A stretch of 64,000 nucleotides of DNA from Phormidesmis sp. (GTDB lineage: Bacteria > Cyanobacteriota > Cyanobacteriia > Leptolyngbyales > Leptolyngbyaceae): assembly GCA_965248535.1 (NCBI GenBank), contig CBDFJR010000005.1:2176001-2240000 (forward strand), given 5' to 3'. The notes beneath the pieces were generated by a model, which saw only the letters and a list, made by a program, of their open reading frames with translations, made no database searches and was not told where the DNA came from. Each line of letters begins with the position of its first letter. The stretch's first letter is position 1. This document shows positions 29,221 to 38,548 of this stretch, in pieces. The translations under genes and the position numbers were made by a program.

Positions 29221-30783
29221 ATGACTATTCGGATTGAATTATTGTCTTACGATCGCGCTCATCTCCTCGTCGCCCCACCAGAGACGACCGTCTATGCCCA
29301 TCGCTTTCATGATCTGCCGCCCCCCTTAGCGATCGAGACTGAGATCGCCCAGCTTTACGGTGGCACGGTGGCATCTAGTCCCGTCATGTCTCAGCCCGTG
29401 ATTGCACCGCAGACTCGCCCCGAAGTGACTCCCTCCCCCACTAGCCGCTGGTCTACATCACTGCAAACCGTTCTAGATCGCCCGTCTCCGACCTTGCCCG
29501 ATCGCCTAGTGATGGGCGGCGTGATCTTCTGCGCGGCGTTTGCAACCTGGGCCATGACCAGCCAGATGGAAGAAGTCGGACGAGCACAGGGGCGTTTGGT
29601 GCCCCAAGGAGCACCCTTTAAAGTTCACCCGGTGGTTGCGGGCAAGATTTCTCAGGTCTATGTCCACGAAGGTCAAGTGGTCAAGGCAGGTCAACCGATC
29701 GCCGACTTAGACAACGAAATCGCCCTCAATCGCCTAGAAGGGCTGCGCCAAGAACGCGCCAGCTATGAAAAAGAACTGCTGCAAACGGGTGCCCTGATTG
29801 ACAAAACTCAGCTAGAGGCTCAAACGCGGGTGGCGATCGCTCATGCAGAAATTCGTGCTCAAGAAGCGGCGATCGCTCAAGCTCAAGCCAAAATCGAAGG
29901 TCAAGACACCACCATCCATCAAGCCGAAGAGCGAGCCGTCACTAGTCAAGCGGTGTTGAGCCAATTGCAGACCGATGCCACTGCTCAAAAAGAGCGGCTA
30001 ACGCGACTGAAATATTTGGTGGATGAAGGGGCACTGGCGAGAGAACAACTCTTTCAAGCGCAGCAAAACTTTGGCGATCGTCAGCGCGGCATCACCCAGC
30101 AAATGGGCGAGATTCGCCAGACGGTGGCTGACTCTAATCGCTCACGATCGGACTTGCAGCAAGCGATCGCCGAATCTCAGGGCTTACGAGCACTACTTGC
30201 CCAGCGCTATGCAGAAGGGCAAAATGCTCAAGTGCAGTCTCAGCAAACCATTCAGCAATTGCTGGTGCAGCAGACACAGCTTCAAGCTAAACTTCAGCAA
30301 AGTGAAAAGCAGCTACAGCAAGCCCAGACTGAGATCAAGCAATTAGTCCTCAAAGCTCCGGTCGATGGAGTGGTGCTGGCGCTCAACGTTCGCAACCGAG
30401 GTGAAGTGGTGCAATCGGGTCAAACGATCGCTGAGGTGGCCTCTCAAACTGCGCCTCTGATGCTGGCGGCGGCCCTGCCAACCCGCGAAGCTGGCTTTGT
30501 CAAAGTGGGTGACCCGGTGCAGATCAAGTTTGATGCTTATCCCTATCAAGACTATGGAATCGTGACGGGCAAAGTCACCACGATCGCTCCTGATATCAGA
30601 GTTGACGAGCGATTGGGAGCCGTCTATCGCGTTGAAATCGCCCTCGATCGCCCATCGTCTCAAACCACTCGACTCAAAATCGGTCAAACCGCCACGGCCG
30701 AAATTGTGATTCGTCGTCGTGCGGTGGTCGATATGCTGCTTGACCCGATTCGACAATTGCAAAAAAGTGGTCTGAGTCTATAG
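29221..30783 (+). CDS. HlyD family membrane fusion protein
   Basis: TM anchor, lipoyl-like halves, long coiled coil, KFDAYPYQDYG. Confidence 0.92.
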   Translation: MTIRIELLSYDRAHLLVAPPETTVYAHRFHDLPPPLAIETEIAQLYGGTVASSPVMSQPVIAPQTRPEVTPSPTSRWSTSLQTVLDRPSPTLPDRLVMGGVIFCAAFATWAMTSQMEEVGRAQGRLVPQGAPFKVHPVVAGKISQVYVHEGQVVKAGQPIADLDNEIALNRLEGLRQERASYEKELLQTGALIDKTQLEAQTRVAIAHAEIRAQEAAIAQAQAKIEGQDTTIHQAEERAVTSQAVLSQLQTDATAQKERLTRLKYLVDEGALAREQLFQAQQNFGDRQRGITQQMGEIRQTVADSNRSRSDLQQAIAESQGLRALLAQRYAEGQNAQVQSQQTIQQLLVQQTQLQAKLQQSEKQLQQAQTEIKQLVLKAPVDGVVLALNVRNRGEVVQSGQTIAEVASQTAPLMLAAALPTREAGFVKVGDPVQIKFDAYPYQDYGIVTGKVTTIAPDIRVDERLGAVYRVEIALDRPSSQTTRLKIGQTATAEIVIRRRAVVDMLLDPIRQLQKSGLSL

Positions 30784-30815
30784 CCCGTTAGCCAACTTAA
30801 CCAGGAGATATTTTC

Positions 30816-31211
30816 ATGCACGTTCAAAGTGGCGGCACTGCTCAAAAGCGAAATAAAGTCATGAGTCCCGATCAGTTTAAGCAAGTGGTTGAGGCAATCA
30901 CCGAAGGTCGATATTCCTGGGCGTGTGTGCTGATTTTGCGATTTGCTGATTACAATCCCATTTACTTTATTCCTCACCGCACCTACAGTCGGCTGATGAA
31001 AGAAAACCGTCTGTTTAACCAGATCAAGGATCGGCAGTCTCAACCAGACCAAAACCCGATCGTGACGACTGGAGTCACGCAAATTAACGAACTGGCGTAT
31101 TTGGAAGCGATCGAGCCGTCAGAAACCACGCCCCACGGGGGCAGTCTCCCAACCTGGTTTGACGACAGGGTGAGACACTTCTACCGTCCGGGTGGGGTTT
31201 GGTCGCCGTAG
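30816..31211 (+). CDS. hetP: HetP family protein
   Basis: QFKQVVEAITEGRYSWACVLILRFADYNPIYFIPHRTYSRLMKEN; AGGAG SD. Confidence 0.85.
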   Translation: MHVQSGGTAQKRNKVMSPDQFKQVVEAITEGRYSWACVLILRFADYNPIYFIPHRTYSRLMKENRLFNQIKDRQSQPDQNPIVTTGVTQINELAYLEAIEPSETTPHGGSLPTWFDDRVRHFYRPGGVWSP

Positions 31212-32578
31212 GGTTTTGGTTGCAGGGTGAGAGAATTTGAGATCGTGTCATAGAGTCGATTAGCGATCGTGGCGTTGGCCCCATCGGTCAGATGCACCGT
31301 GTCATAAAACGTTTCGCCCTGAAAGTTGCTGCCCTCATTGAAGTTGAGCGTCATCACCCCTTGAGGAAACTGCTGTTTGACCTGGGTTATAGCCTGCCGA
31401 AGCTGGCTATAACCTGCTTTGACTCGCTGCGGATAGGCCGGCCCTACCTGGTCGAGAATTTTCTTCTCTCGTGAGGTGAGCGTGTCAGGGCTGCGACCCG
31501 TGATCTCAGGCTGCAAGGCGAGCACGATCGGAATTTTTGCCCCCGATGTCAATCGCGCAATTTGTTCTAAGTTATTGCGATAGCGAGAGACGCGGCGATC
31601 GAGTTCATCAGTGTTGGCTGAAAGCTTTTGTGAAAGCGAACCCTCTGTCTCAGTGACCGGAGGAATCACAAGCTTGAGAGCATCTTGCGGACGCAACACC
31701 CAATATTGAACGCTCTTAATTAAGAATGATTGACCCATCCAATTCTTAAACCGCTCTGATAACGCTGTGGTGAAATGCCCAAATGAGTCATCTAACAGAG
31801 ACTCAATGCCCGGAATGTCGGCTCCTTCTTGAGTGCTAGGCAACAGCAAATCAGCATAGCCGTCTAGCACGATAATCAAGTCAGGCTTATAAGACAAGAC
31901 CTGAAGGGCAAGCTGTGACAACTCATTGCTAGAGGTATAGCCCGGCACGGCGGCATTGATCACCCGATAGTTACCATCGCGAATGCGAGGCGGCAGGGCC
32001 ATCGCTTTAGCTAGATCATCGGCATAATAGGGCAACACATCAGGACGAAACTTAGTGGAGTTTGTCCTCTGATCGGCGATCTGCTTATTAAGGCGCGTTT
32101 CTAACTGAGCAGCAAAGGTGCTTTGATTGTTAGAACTCATCTGCCCAAAGGCCATAGAGCCGCCCAAGACAAAAATTCTGGTTTCGTCTTTTGGTTTGGC
32201 GGCGGTGCTCGGTCGATCGGTGCGAAACCCTTGCTCGTTGATTTGCCAAAACTGACTTTTTTGATTGCCGATTAGTCTATAGCCCATGAGCGGGCTGCGC
32301 TTTGCGGTCAATCGCCCACGATCGGGCAGCCCGTCATAGGTCGCGCCCGACTGATCGAGATAGTTTAATCGATAGGCCGTGACGTTGAGCGGTTCGCCTT
32401 CAAAGGCGTTTAATTCGGGTGCTTTGCCGATGATGCCAGTGATCAGCCGCGCCAATAGCTCTAACGTGATCAGCGCGATCGGCAGGGCGCTAAAAATCAC
32501 CCAGCGAGGCAACGGTTTTTTCTTTCTTTGATAGGATGACAGGCTCGATCGATACGATTTACGGCTCGTTCTAAACAT
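31181..32578 (-). CDS. Membrane-anchored SGNH/GDSL hydrolase
   Basis: FVLGGSMAFG, NAAVPGY, DGYAD, DTVHL. Confidence 0.85.
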   Translation of the reverse strand: MFRTSRKSYRSSLSSYQRKKKPLPRWVIFSALPIALITLELLARLITGIIGKAPELNAFEGEPLNVTAYRLNYLDQSGATYDGLPDRGRLTAKRSPLMGYRLIGNQKSQFWQINEQGFRTDRPSTAAKPKDETRIFVLGGSMAFGQMSSNNQSTFAAQLETRLNKQIADQRTNSTKFRPDVLPYYADDLAKAMALPPRIRDGNYRVINAAVPGYTSSNELSQLALQVLSYKPDLIIVLDGYADLLLPSTQEGADIPGIESLLDDSFGHFTTALSERFKNWMGQSFLIKSVQYWVLRPQDALKLVIPPVTETEGSLSQKLSANTDELDRRVSRYRNNLEQIARLTSGAKIPIVLALQPEITGRSPDTLTSREKKILDQVGPAYPQRVKAGYSQLRQAITQVKQQFPQGVMTLNFNEGSNFQGETFYDTVHLTDGANATIANRLYDTISNSLTLQPKPYGDQTPPGR

Positions 32579-32786
32579 TCAGAGTTTCCTCAAACGATCG
32601 ACAGACCCGCTTAGGGCTGTGAATGAACAGTCCCAATGGTGCTAACACACGTCAGACCCTCAAGTTTTTTAGAGAGTCTAATCTTTAATGGACGCTAAAT
32701 CCCAAAAGCTACCCCGACAGGTTCAGTATCTTACTACTAAACGTGCCCTGTATCACAACTTCAGATTTTTAGAACGCTGCCGATCG

Positions 32787-33614
32787 CTAAGGAATGCCCG
32801 TCACCGCCGCCCAGAAATATTTCTTAAACGACGACAAATCGAGATCCAGATGCAGTTTTTTTGACCAGGTATAAACATCAAAACTTACCTGATTATTCGT
32901 CACCGCTACATTGCCCAACAGAGCGATCCAATGGCTCGGAAACGGCACCGGAGGCGGATTGGTTTGCAGCATTCCTTCGGCTGTGATCAGCGCAAACGCA
33001 ACTCCTCCTGACTGAATCGCCGCCACCGCTTGGTTAAGGGCGCTGACATCATTCATCAAATAGGCGTGATAATATTCACTCTTGCGGTAGCCCAAGATCT
33101 CTTTGATCCAGCCGCGCATCTCCCACGATTTGGTCATGCCTGCCAGATTGCGAAGCATTTCAGGAGCGTTTGGCTCAACCGGAAACAGCAAATTTTCTGA
33201 CTGCCTCAAGGTCGCTAAGACCATCCAGTCAACTTGGCTCATGTGCAGATCACCTCGACTGGCTTGCCGCAACTCGTTAGGAGCCGAGATCCAATGACTG
33301 GCCGCTTGAAAATAGCCCGTCTCAAATAGACTTTGACAGATTCGCACATAGCGAAGCGGCTGTTTTCGCACCAACTCAAACAACACGGCTGCTGGGCCGC
33401 AAAACGGCTGTCCGCCTTGATTAACCTGCACGGGATCGGTGACTCGCGATCGGAGATCTGCCACGATCGTGGCTTTGTCTAAAAAAGCCCAAACGCCGGG
33501 GGCGCTCGATTTGGCAAACTCGTCGATCGCGCCTAGGGCTGGTTGAGTCAGCTTGGCATCTGAAAGGTATAAGTTAGCTGCGGCATTGGTTACAGTCACG
33601 GCGGTGCCTCGCAC
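32787..33614 (-). CDS. Hypothetical protein, probable papain-like cysteine hydrolase fold
   Basis: NQGGQPFCGPAA...SHWIAL...YTWS arrangement. Confidence 0.6.
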   Translation of the reverse strand: MRGTAVTVTNAAANLYLSDAKLTQPALGAIDEFAKSSAPGVWAFLDKATIVADLRSRVTDPVQVNQGGQPFCGPAAVLFELVRKQPLRYVRICQSLFETGYFQAASHWISAPNELRQASRGDLHMSQVDWMVLATLRQSENLLFPVEPNAPEMLRNLAGMTKSWEMRGWIKEILGYRKSEYYHAYLMNDVSALNQAVAAIQSGGVAFALITAEGMLQTNPPPVPFPSHWIALLGNVAVTNNQVSFDVYTWSKKLHLDLDLSSFKKYFWAAVTGIP

Positions 33615-33742
33615 TGAATTGCTAGGTAATCAAAGTTTCTAGGTAATCAATGTAACATTATTGCTTTTCAAACCTATAATGTTGCATTGCTTTGAAGTCT
33701 GCGCTCACAGAGACCTATTCACTAGTTTAGAGAGTATCTGAG

Positions 33743-33949
33743 ATGGATGTTTCGACCAATCATCCTCTAATTCAATTTTTGACGGAGGAGCTTGCAATTT
33801 CTCAAGCGGCGATCGTGTTTGCGCTGCAACAGTCTGAGCAAACCCCCAGTCTACTGCCGATGATTCTCTGGAAATATGGGTTTGTTACGCTCTCTCAATT
33901 AGATGAAATCTTTGATTGGTTAGAGCACTATGGCTCTTTGAATCCTTGA
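33743..33949 (+). CDS. DUF2949 family protein
   Basis: FLTEELAIS...LPMILWKYGFVTLSQLDEIFDWL. Confidence 0.85.
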   Translation: MDVSTNHPLIQFLTEELAISQAAIVFALQQSEQTPSLLPMILWKYGFVTLSQLDEIFDWLEHYGSLNP

Positions 33950-34013
33950 AATTCCGAAGTTTAGCCTTTGGCTAGTGGATCTTTCTCTGTCACCTGTCTG
34001 CGATGTACGGTTT

Positions 34014-34508
34014 ATGAAACGTTTCTTTTGGATGTTAGGAATGAGCGCTGTGGTGCTGTCGAGTCTTCCGGCTCAGGCTGCCAATCTTGAGCTTCAGGTT
34101 TTTAAAGCGATCGACACTCAAGACCCCAGCGTTCGCTGTCCGGCAACGGTGGTCGTGACTGAAACACCCCGACCCTATCGAGAAGGCGGCTACACGATCG
34201 ATGGCAAAGCAAATTTGAGCACGATCGCCCAGGGGTTTACGATCGCTCAGAGCGATGATTTCAGCGTCACCTGGGTAGGCAAGCTCAAACCACAATATAG
34301 CCAGTGCAAAGCGACTGCCCGCATTGTTAAATCAGACAATGAATCCTTTGCGGGGCACTCCTATTTAAGAATGCGATTGGTGGGCGGCAGGGCTTATCTA
34401 ATTCTCGATATGACGGGAATGAGTGATGCCAACAGCCTAACCACCGCGATTCTAAAAAAGTCGGTAGAGCGCGGAAATCCTGTCTGGAGTTGGGGCGGAA
34501 CGGACTAA
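34014..34508 (+). CDS. Secreted hypothetical protein
   Basis: Signal peptide MKRFFW...PAQA; two Cys. Confidence 0.7.
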   Translation: MKRFFWMLGMSAVVLSSLPAQAANLELQVFKAIDTQDPSVRCPATVVVTETPRPYREGGYTIDGKANLSTIAQGFTIAQSDDFSVTWVGKLKPQYSQCKATARIVKSDNESFAGHSYLRMRLVGGRAYLILDMTGMSDANSLTTAILKKSVERGNPVWSWGGTD

Positions 34509-34651
34509 GTTGCAGGTGGTGATTCCCCGATCGCCCGATTCATATCCCTAGATGAGTGCTCTCAAGGTTCCCTATCTCCGCAGCCAGATGCGTCTAACTA
34601 GACAAATCGGTAATAATCCTGGGACTAAGTTTAGTGAATGCGGAGGTTTTT

Positions 34652-35725
34652 ATGAGAATTGCTCAGATTGCTCCCCTATGGGAAAGTGTGCCTCCCCCAG
34701 CTTATGGGGGGGCTGAGTTAGTGGTTAGTTTATTGACCGATGAGCTAGTGCAGCGAGGACACGAAGTAACGCTATTTGCCTCAGGTGACTCTGTGAGCTT
34801 GGCTCAGTTAGAAGCGATTCATCCCCGCGCACTGCGGCTTGACCCCAATGTTAAAGAGCATCCCATCTATGAAATGCTGCAACTGAGTCAGGTTTTTCAG
34901 CGCGCCCAAGAGTTTGATATTATTCACTCTCATATTGGTTGTGCGGCATTGCCCTGTTCGCCTCTGGTCAAAACTCCGACGCTGCACACGCTGCACGGTG
35001 GGTTTACGACTGACAACGAAAAGCTGTTTACTTATTTTCGCGATCAGCCCTACGTCAGCATCTCAAACACCCAACGCGAACCGAGGCTGGGGCTTAACTA
35101 TATCTCCACTGTTTATAACGGCATTAATCCTGCCGCCCACACGTTTTATTCTGAGCCAGATAAGTCACCCTATCTGGCTTTTTTAGGGCGAATTTCTCCT
35201 GAGAAAGGGACGCACTTAGCGATCGAGATTGCCAAACGCTCTGGCTGGAAGCTCAAAATAGCGGGCAAGGTCGATCGGGTCGATGTCGATTATTTTGAGC
35301 AACAAATTAAACCCCAAATCGACGGCACGCAGATTGAATATCTGGGCGAAGCTAACCACGAGCAAAAAAATATTCTCATGGGCAATGCTGTAGCGACCCT
35401 GTTTCCAATCACTTGGCGAGAACCCTTTGGGCTAGTGATGATTGAGTCGATGGTTGCCGGAACTCCCGTCATTGCCTTAGAGCTTGGCTCAACGTCTGAG
35501 ATTATTGTGGATGGCAAAACCGGGTTTCTCTGTCAAAACGTCGATGAATGTGTTGAAGCAGTGGGGCGAGTGGGTGCTCTCGATCGTCATGCCTGCCGCG
35601 ATCATGTTGTGAATCACTTTGGAGTTAAACAAATGACTGATGGCTATGAAGCCGTCTATCAAAAACTGTTGGCAGAGCGCTTTTCTAAAAACGGGCGCAC
35701 TCATCAATCTGTAGGCGTGAGATAA
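34652..35725 (+). CDS. Glycosyltransferase family 4
   Basis: MRIAQIAP, PPPAYGG, GRISPEKG, EPFGLVMIE; GGAGG SD. Confidence 0.93.
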   Translation: MRIAQIAPLWESVPPPAYGGAELVVSLLTDELVQRGHEVTLFASGDSVSLAQLEAIHPRALRLDPNVKEHPIYEMLQLSQVFQRAQEFDIIHSHIGCAALPCSPLVKTPTLHTLHGGFTTDNEKLFTYFRDQPYVSISNTQREPRLGLNYISTVYNGINPAAHTFYSEPDKSPYLAFLGRISPEKGTHLAIEIAKRSGWKLKIAGKVDRVDVDYFEQQIKPQIDGTQIEYLGEANHEQKNILMGNAVATLFPITWREPFGLVMIESMVAGTPVIALELGSTSEIIVDGKTGFLCQNVDECVEAVGRVGALDRHACRDHVVNHFGVKQMTDGYEAVYQKLLAERFSKNGRTHQSVGVR

Positions 35726-35833
35726 CTCAATAACACTTATCTCATAAAAGATAGCACTGGATTAATGATTACAGGGGGCATGGCAAGTCTATGCCTTTAA
35801 ACTCTTTTTTGTAACGTTCTTATAAACGGTCTG

Positions 35834-35922
35834 ATGAGTTAAGAGCAATCGTTGACTAGACGCTTCAGAAATGTTTCTGAAACATTAATCTGAAGACTAA
35901 TCACTGACTGCTCTTAACTCAT
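35834..35922. repeat. 89-nt long hairpin / inverted repeat
   Basis: Perfect 14-bp arms ATGAGTTAAGAGCA/TGCTCTTAACTCAT with nested CTTCAGA/TCTGAAG and AATGTTTC/GAAACATT. Confidence 0.75.
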
Positions 35923-35961
35923 AGATGGGCTAAAAATAACAGACTCTAGAATCGCTAGCCC

Positions 35962-36282
35962 TTAAGTGAGAGAGCTACCCGCTTGGGAGAGCAGTTGACT
36001 TAACTGTTGCAGCTTAGACATGGTGTCACCGCTTGCGGTTCCTGCTGCTGCTGCGGTTTGAGCGCCCAGATCAGAAAGAATTTCGCCGAGCGAGGAGCTA
36101 CCTGCGCCACCGTCAAGGGCCATTTTTAGTTCACCGAGCGTTTCTGCAATTTCGGTGCCTTGTAGCTCAGACTGCCAGCTTTCGATCGCGCCGATCGCCG
36201 CTTCGGGTGGCAGCGACGTGATGCCGCTTTTTAGGGCAGCGATCGTGGAATCTAAATCAACCGTTTGAGTCATATCAGCCAT
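35962..36282 (-). CDS. Small acidic Ala/Ser-rich hypothetical protein
   Basis: AGGAAG SD; helical pattern AIESWQSEL...LGELKMAL. Confidence 0.7.
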   Translation of the reverse strand: MADMTQTVDLDSTIAALKSGITSLPPEAAIGAIESWQSELQGTEIAETLGELKMALDGGAGSSSLGEILSDLGAQTAAAAGTASGDTMSKLQQLSQLLSQAGSSLT

Positions 36283-36474
36283 ATCAGACTTCCTTTGTTA
36301 CTGTGAACGTTTGCCAAATTGCGTTGGAATTTGCGCCTCAAAATCACCCTCACACTGGCTTCATTCTTCTTTACACAACTCTTCAGTTCGTCTGTCAAAG
36401 GAGAGAGATATCTCACTAGCAGAAGTAACGCAGAAAGTACCACAGCAGACGTATCCTAGAAGCGACACAAGGAG

Positions 36475-36665
36475 CTAGTAGTCCGCCAAACTAACTCTGA
36501 TGAGTCATATCGAACTCCTTAACCAAGATTTCGTTTGCAGGGGGTTTGGGGGAGGCAACCGTCTCCCAATGGGGGTTTGGGGGCACGCCCCCAAGGGTCG
36601 GCAACCCAAGACCATCGCCTCATCGCCAAAGCTCTGGACTAGTCAACGTTGAATGGGTGGACTAG
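36475..36665. mobile_element. Degenerate MITE/REP-like element with G-rich hairpins
   Basis: CTAGTAGTCCGCCAAA left end, GGGGGTTTGGGGG x2, GGGGGCACGCCCCC hairpin, partial right end TGGGTGGACTAG. Confidence 0.45.
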
Positions 36666-37495
36666 TGGGCGGAGCGATGGGCGCAGTAGGGACACTCAAC
36701 CTCTCGGTGATCGGCCATGCGATCGGCTTCAGCAATGGGATGGCCACAGTCGCCTCGTAGCGCAAATGACCCATCAGTCACCCCTTGAGTGACGGTAACT
36801 CGCTGATCAAACACAAAGCATTCTCCCTGCCACAAACTGTCAGTGTCGGGCACATTTTCGAGATAGTTGAGAATGCCGCCTTGGAGGTGATAGACCCTCT
36901 CAAAGCCCTCCGAGAGCATAAAAGCTGAGGCTTTCTCGCAGCGAATTCCGCCTGTGCAAAACAGCGCTACTTTTTTGTGTTGATTGGGATCTAGCTGCGA
37001 TCGCACATAGTCAGGAAACTCACGAAAGGAGTGTGTTTGGGGATCGAGGGCCCGATCGAAGCTGCCAATCCCGACTTCAAACCGATTGCGGACATCGATA
37101 ACGGTGATCTCAGGGTCAGAGATCAGCGCATTCCATGCTTGCGGGTTAACATAGGTGCCGACTTGTTGACTGGGGTCAATGGTGGGCATTCCCAGGGTGA
37201 CAATTTCTTTTTTGAGCTTGACCTTCATGCGATCGAAGGGGTGCGATTCGGTATAAGACTCTTTCGTTTTTAAATCTGCCAACCGAGGATCGGACTTGAG
37301 AAAGGCCAAGACCGTTTCAACTGCAAGGGGGGTTCCGGCGATCGTGCCATTTAGTCCCTCTTCGGCAAGCAAAATGGTTCCTTTAACGCCTTGGGTCAAG
37401 CAACACGACAGCAAAGGATCTCTGATTTCGACCCAGTTATCGAGCCGCACAAACTTATAAAAAGCTGCCACCATTTGAGGCATACTCTTATTCAC
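36662..37495 (-). CDS. trhO: Rhodanese-domain tRNA uridine-34 hydroxylase (UPF0176/YceA)
   Basis: FYKF, GTILLAEEGLNGT, KKEIVT, FCTGGIRCEK, GECFVFDQRV. Confidence 0.9.
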   Translation of the reverse strand: MNKSMPQMVAAFYKFVRLDNWVEIRDPLLSCCLTQGVKGTILLAEEGLNGTIAGTPLAVETVLAFLKSDPRLADLKTKESYTESHPFDRMKVKLKKEIVTLGMPTIDPSQQVGTYVNPQAWNALISDPEITVIDVRNRFEVGIGSFDRALDPQTHSFREFPDYVRSQLDPNQHKKVALFCTGGIRCEKASAFMLSEGFERVYHLQGGILNYLENVPDTDSLWQGECFVFDQRVTVTQGVTDGSFALRGDCGHPIAEADRMADHREVECPYCAHRSAH

Positions 37496-37675
37496 TCTTA
37501 AAGACGTTCTCTATCATACGTCACTCACAGGGTTGAGCGTAGAGGATGTCAATAGTGTCAACTTCAGCCAAAACTGTCCAAAACTGTCCTGATAAAATTT
37601 AGAGAAGCACGATCGTCTCTCAACCTGCGACTATCCTCGCTACTATGGCTACTCAAACCTCAAACTTTAATCCCC

Positions 37676-38545
37676 TTGAAACAACGTCTTGACACACTCC
37701 TTGTAGACCTCAACCTCTGTGACTCGCGCCAACAGGCCCAGCGCCTGATTCAAGCTGGAGAAGTCATGGTCGATCGCCAACTGATTGACAAACCCGGCAC
37801 CGAGGTCAACACCAGCGCCGAGATTCAGATTAAACAAAAATCGCCCTTTGTCTCTCGCGGTGGCGAAAAGCTGGTCAAAGCGCTGCAAGTCTTTGAGATT
37901 GCGGTCAGCGATCGCATCGGTCTCGATGGCGGCATCTCTACGGGTGGCTTCACAGACTGTCTACTGCAAGCGGGCGCAAAACGGGTCTATGGCATTGATG
38001 TCGGCTATGGACAAGTCGCTTGGAAGCTGCGCCAAGACCCGCGTGTGGTTTTGCGAGAGCGAACAAACCTGCGAAACCTCACCCCAGAAGACTTATATGA
38101 GCCAGGGCAGCCCTACCCCGATCTGGCAGTGGTTGATGTGTCGTTTATCTCGCTGACCAAAGTGCTGCCTGCCCTGTGGAATCTACTGCAAGCCCCTCGC
38201 GAAGTGTTGCTGCTCGTCAAACCCCAGTTTGAAGTCGGGCGCGATCGCGTCGGCAAAAAAGGCGTAGTTCGCGACACTAAAGACCAGGCAGGGGCGATCT
38301 TTCAAGTCTTGCAGGCTGCTCAAGCTCTCGACTGGCACTATCGAGGACTCACTTGGTCACCGCTTGTCGGGCCTGCTGGCAACCTTGAATATTTGCTGTG
38401 GTTAGAGATGTCAAGCTCACAAAAATCTCCCATCTCCCCAGATTTAGAAGCCATCAAACACCTGACCCGATCGGCGCACACCGCTTTAACCAAAACGCCA
38501 GAAGAGCCAACAGCCTCAGTCAATCAGTTTGATGAACCTGAATAG
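37676..38545 (+). CDS. tlyA: TlyA family rRNA (cytidine-2'-O)-methyltransferase
   Basis: S4 domain, FVSRGGEKL, GISTGGFTD, DVSFISL, KPQFE, GNLEYL. Confidence 0.93.
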   Translation: MKQRLDTLLVDLNLCDSRQQAQRLIQAGEVMVDRQLIDKPGTEVNTSAEIQIKQKSPFVSRGGEKLVKALQVFEIAVSDRIGLDGGISTGGFTDCLLQAGAKRVYGIDVGYGQVAWKLRQDPRVVLRERTNLRNLTPEDLYEPGQPYPDLAVVDVSFISLTKVLPALWNLLQAPREVLLLVKPQFEVGRDRVGKKGVVRDTKDQAGAIFQVLQAAQALDWHYRGLTWSPLVGPAGNLEYLLWLEMSSSQKSPISPDLEAIKHLTRSAHTALTKTPEEPTASVNQFDEPE

Positions 38546-38548
38546 AAG

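Noticed and set aside
30769..30815. HetR box upstream of hetP / evidence of heterocyst formation
   Set aside because: No GGG-N5-CCC match; hetP- and hetC-like genes also occur outside heterocyst formers
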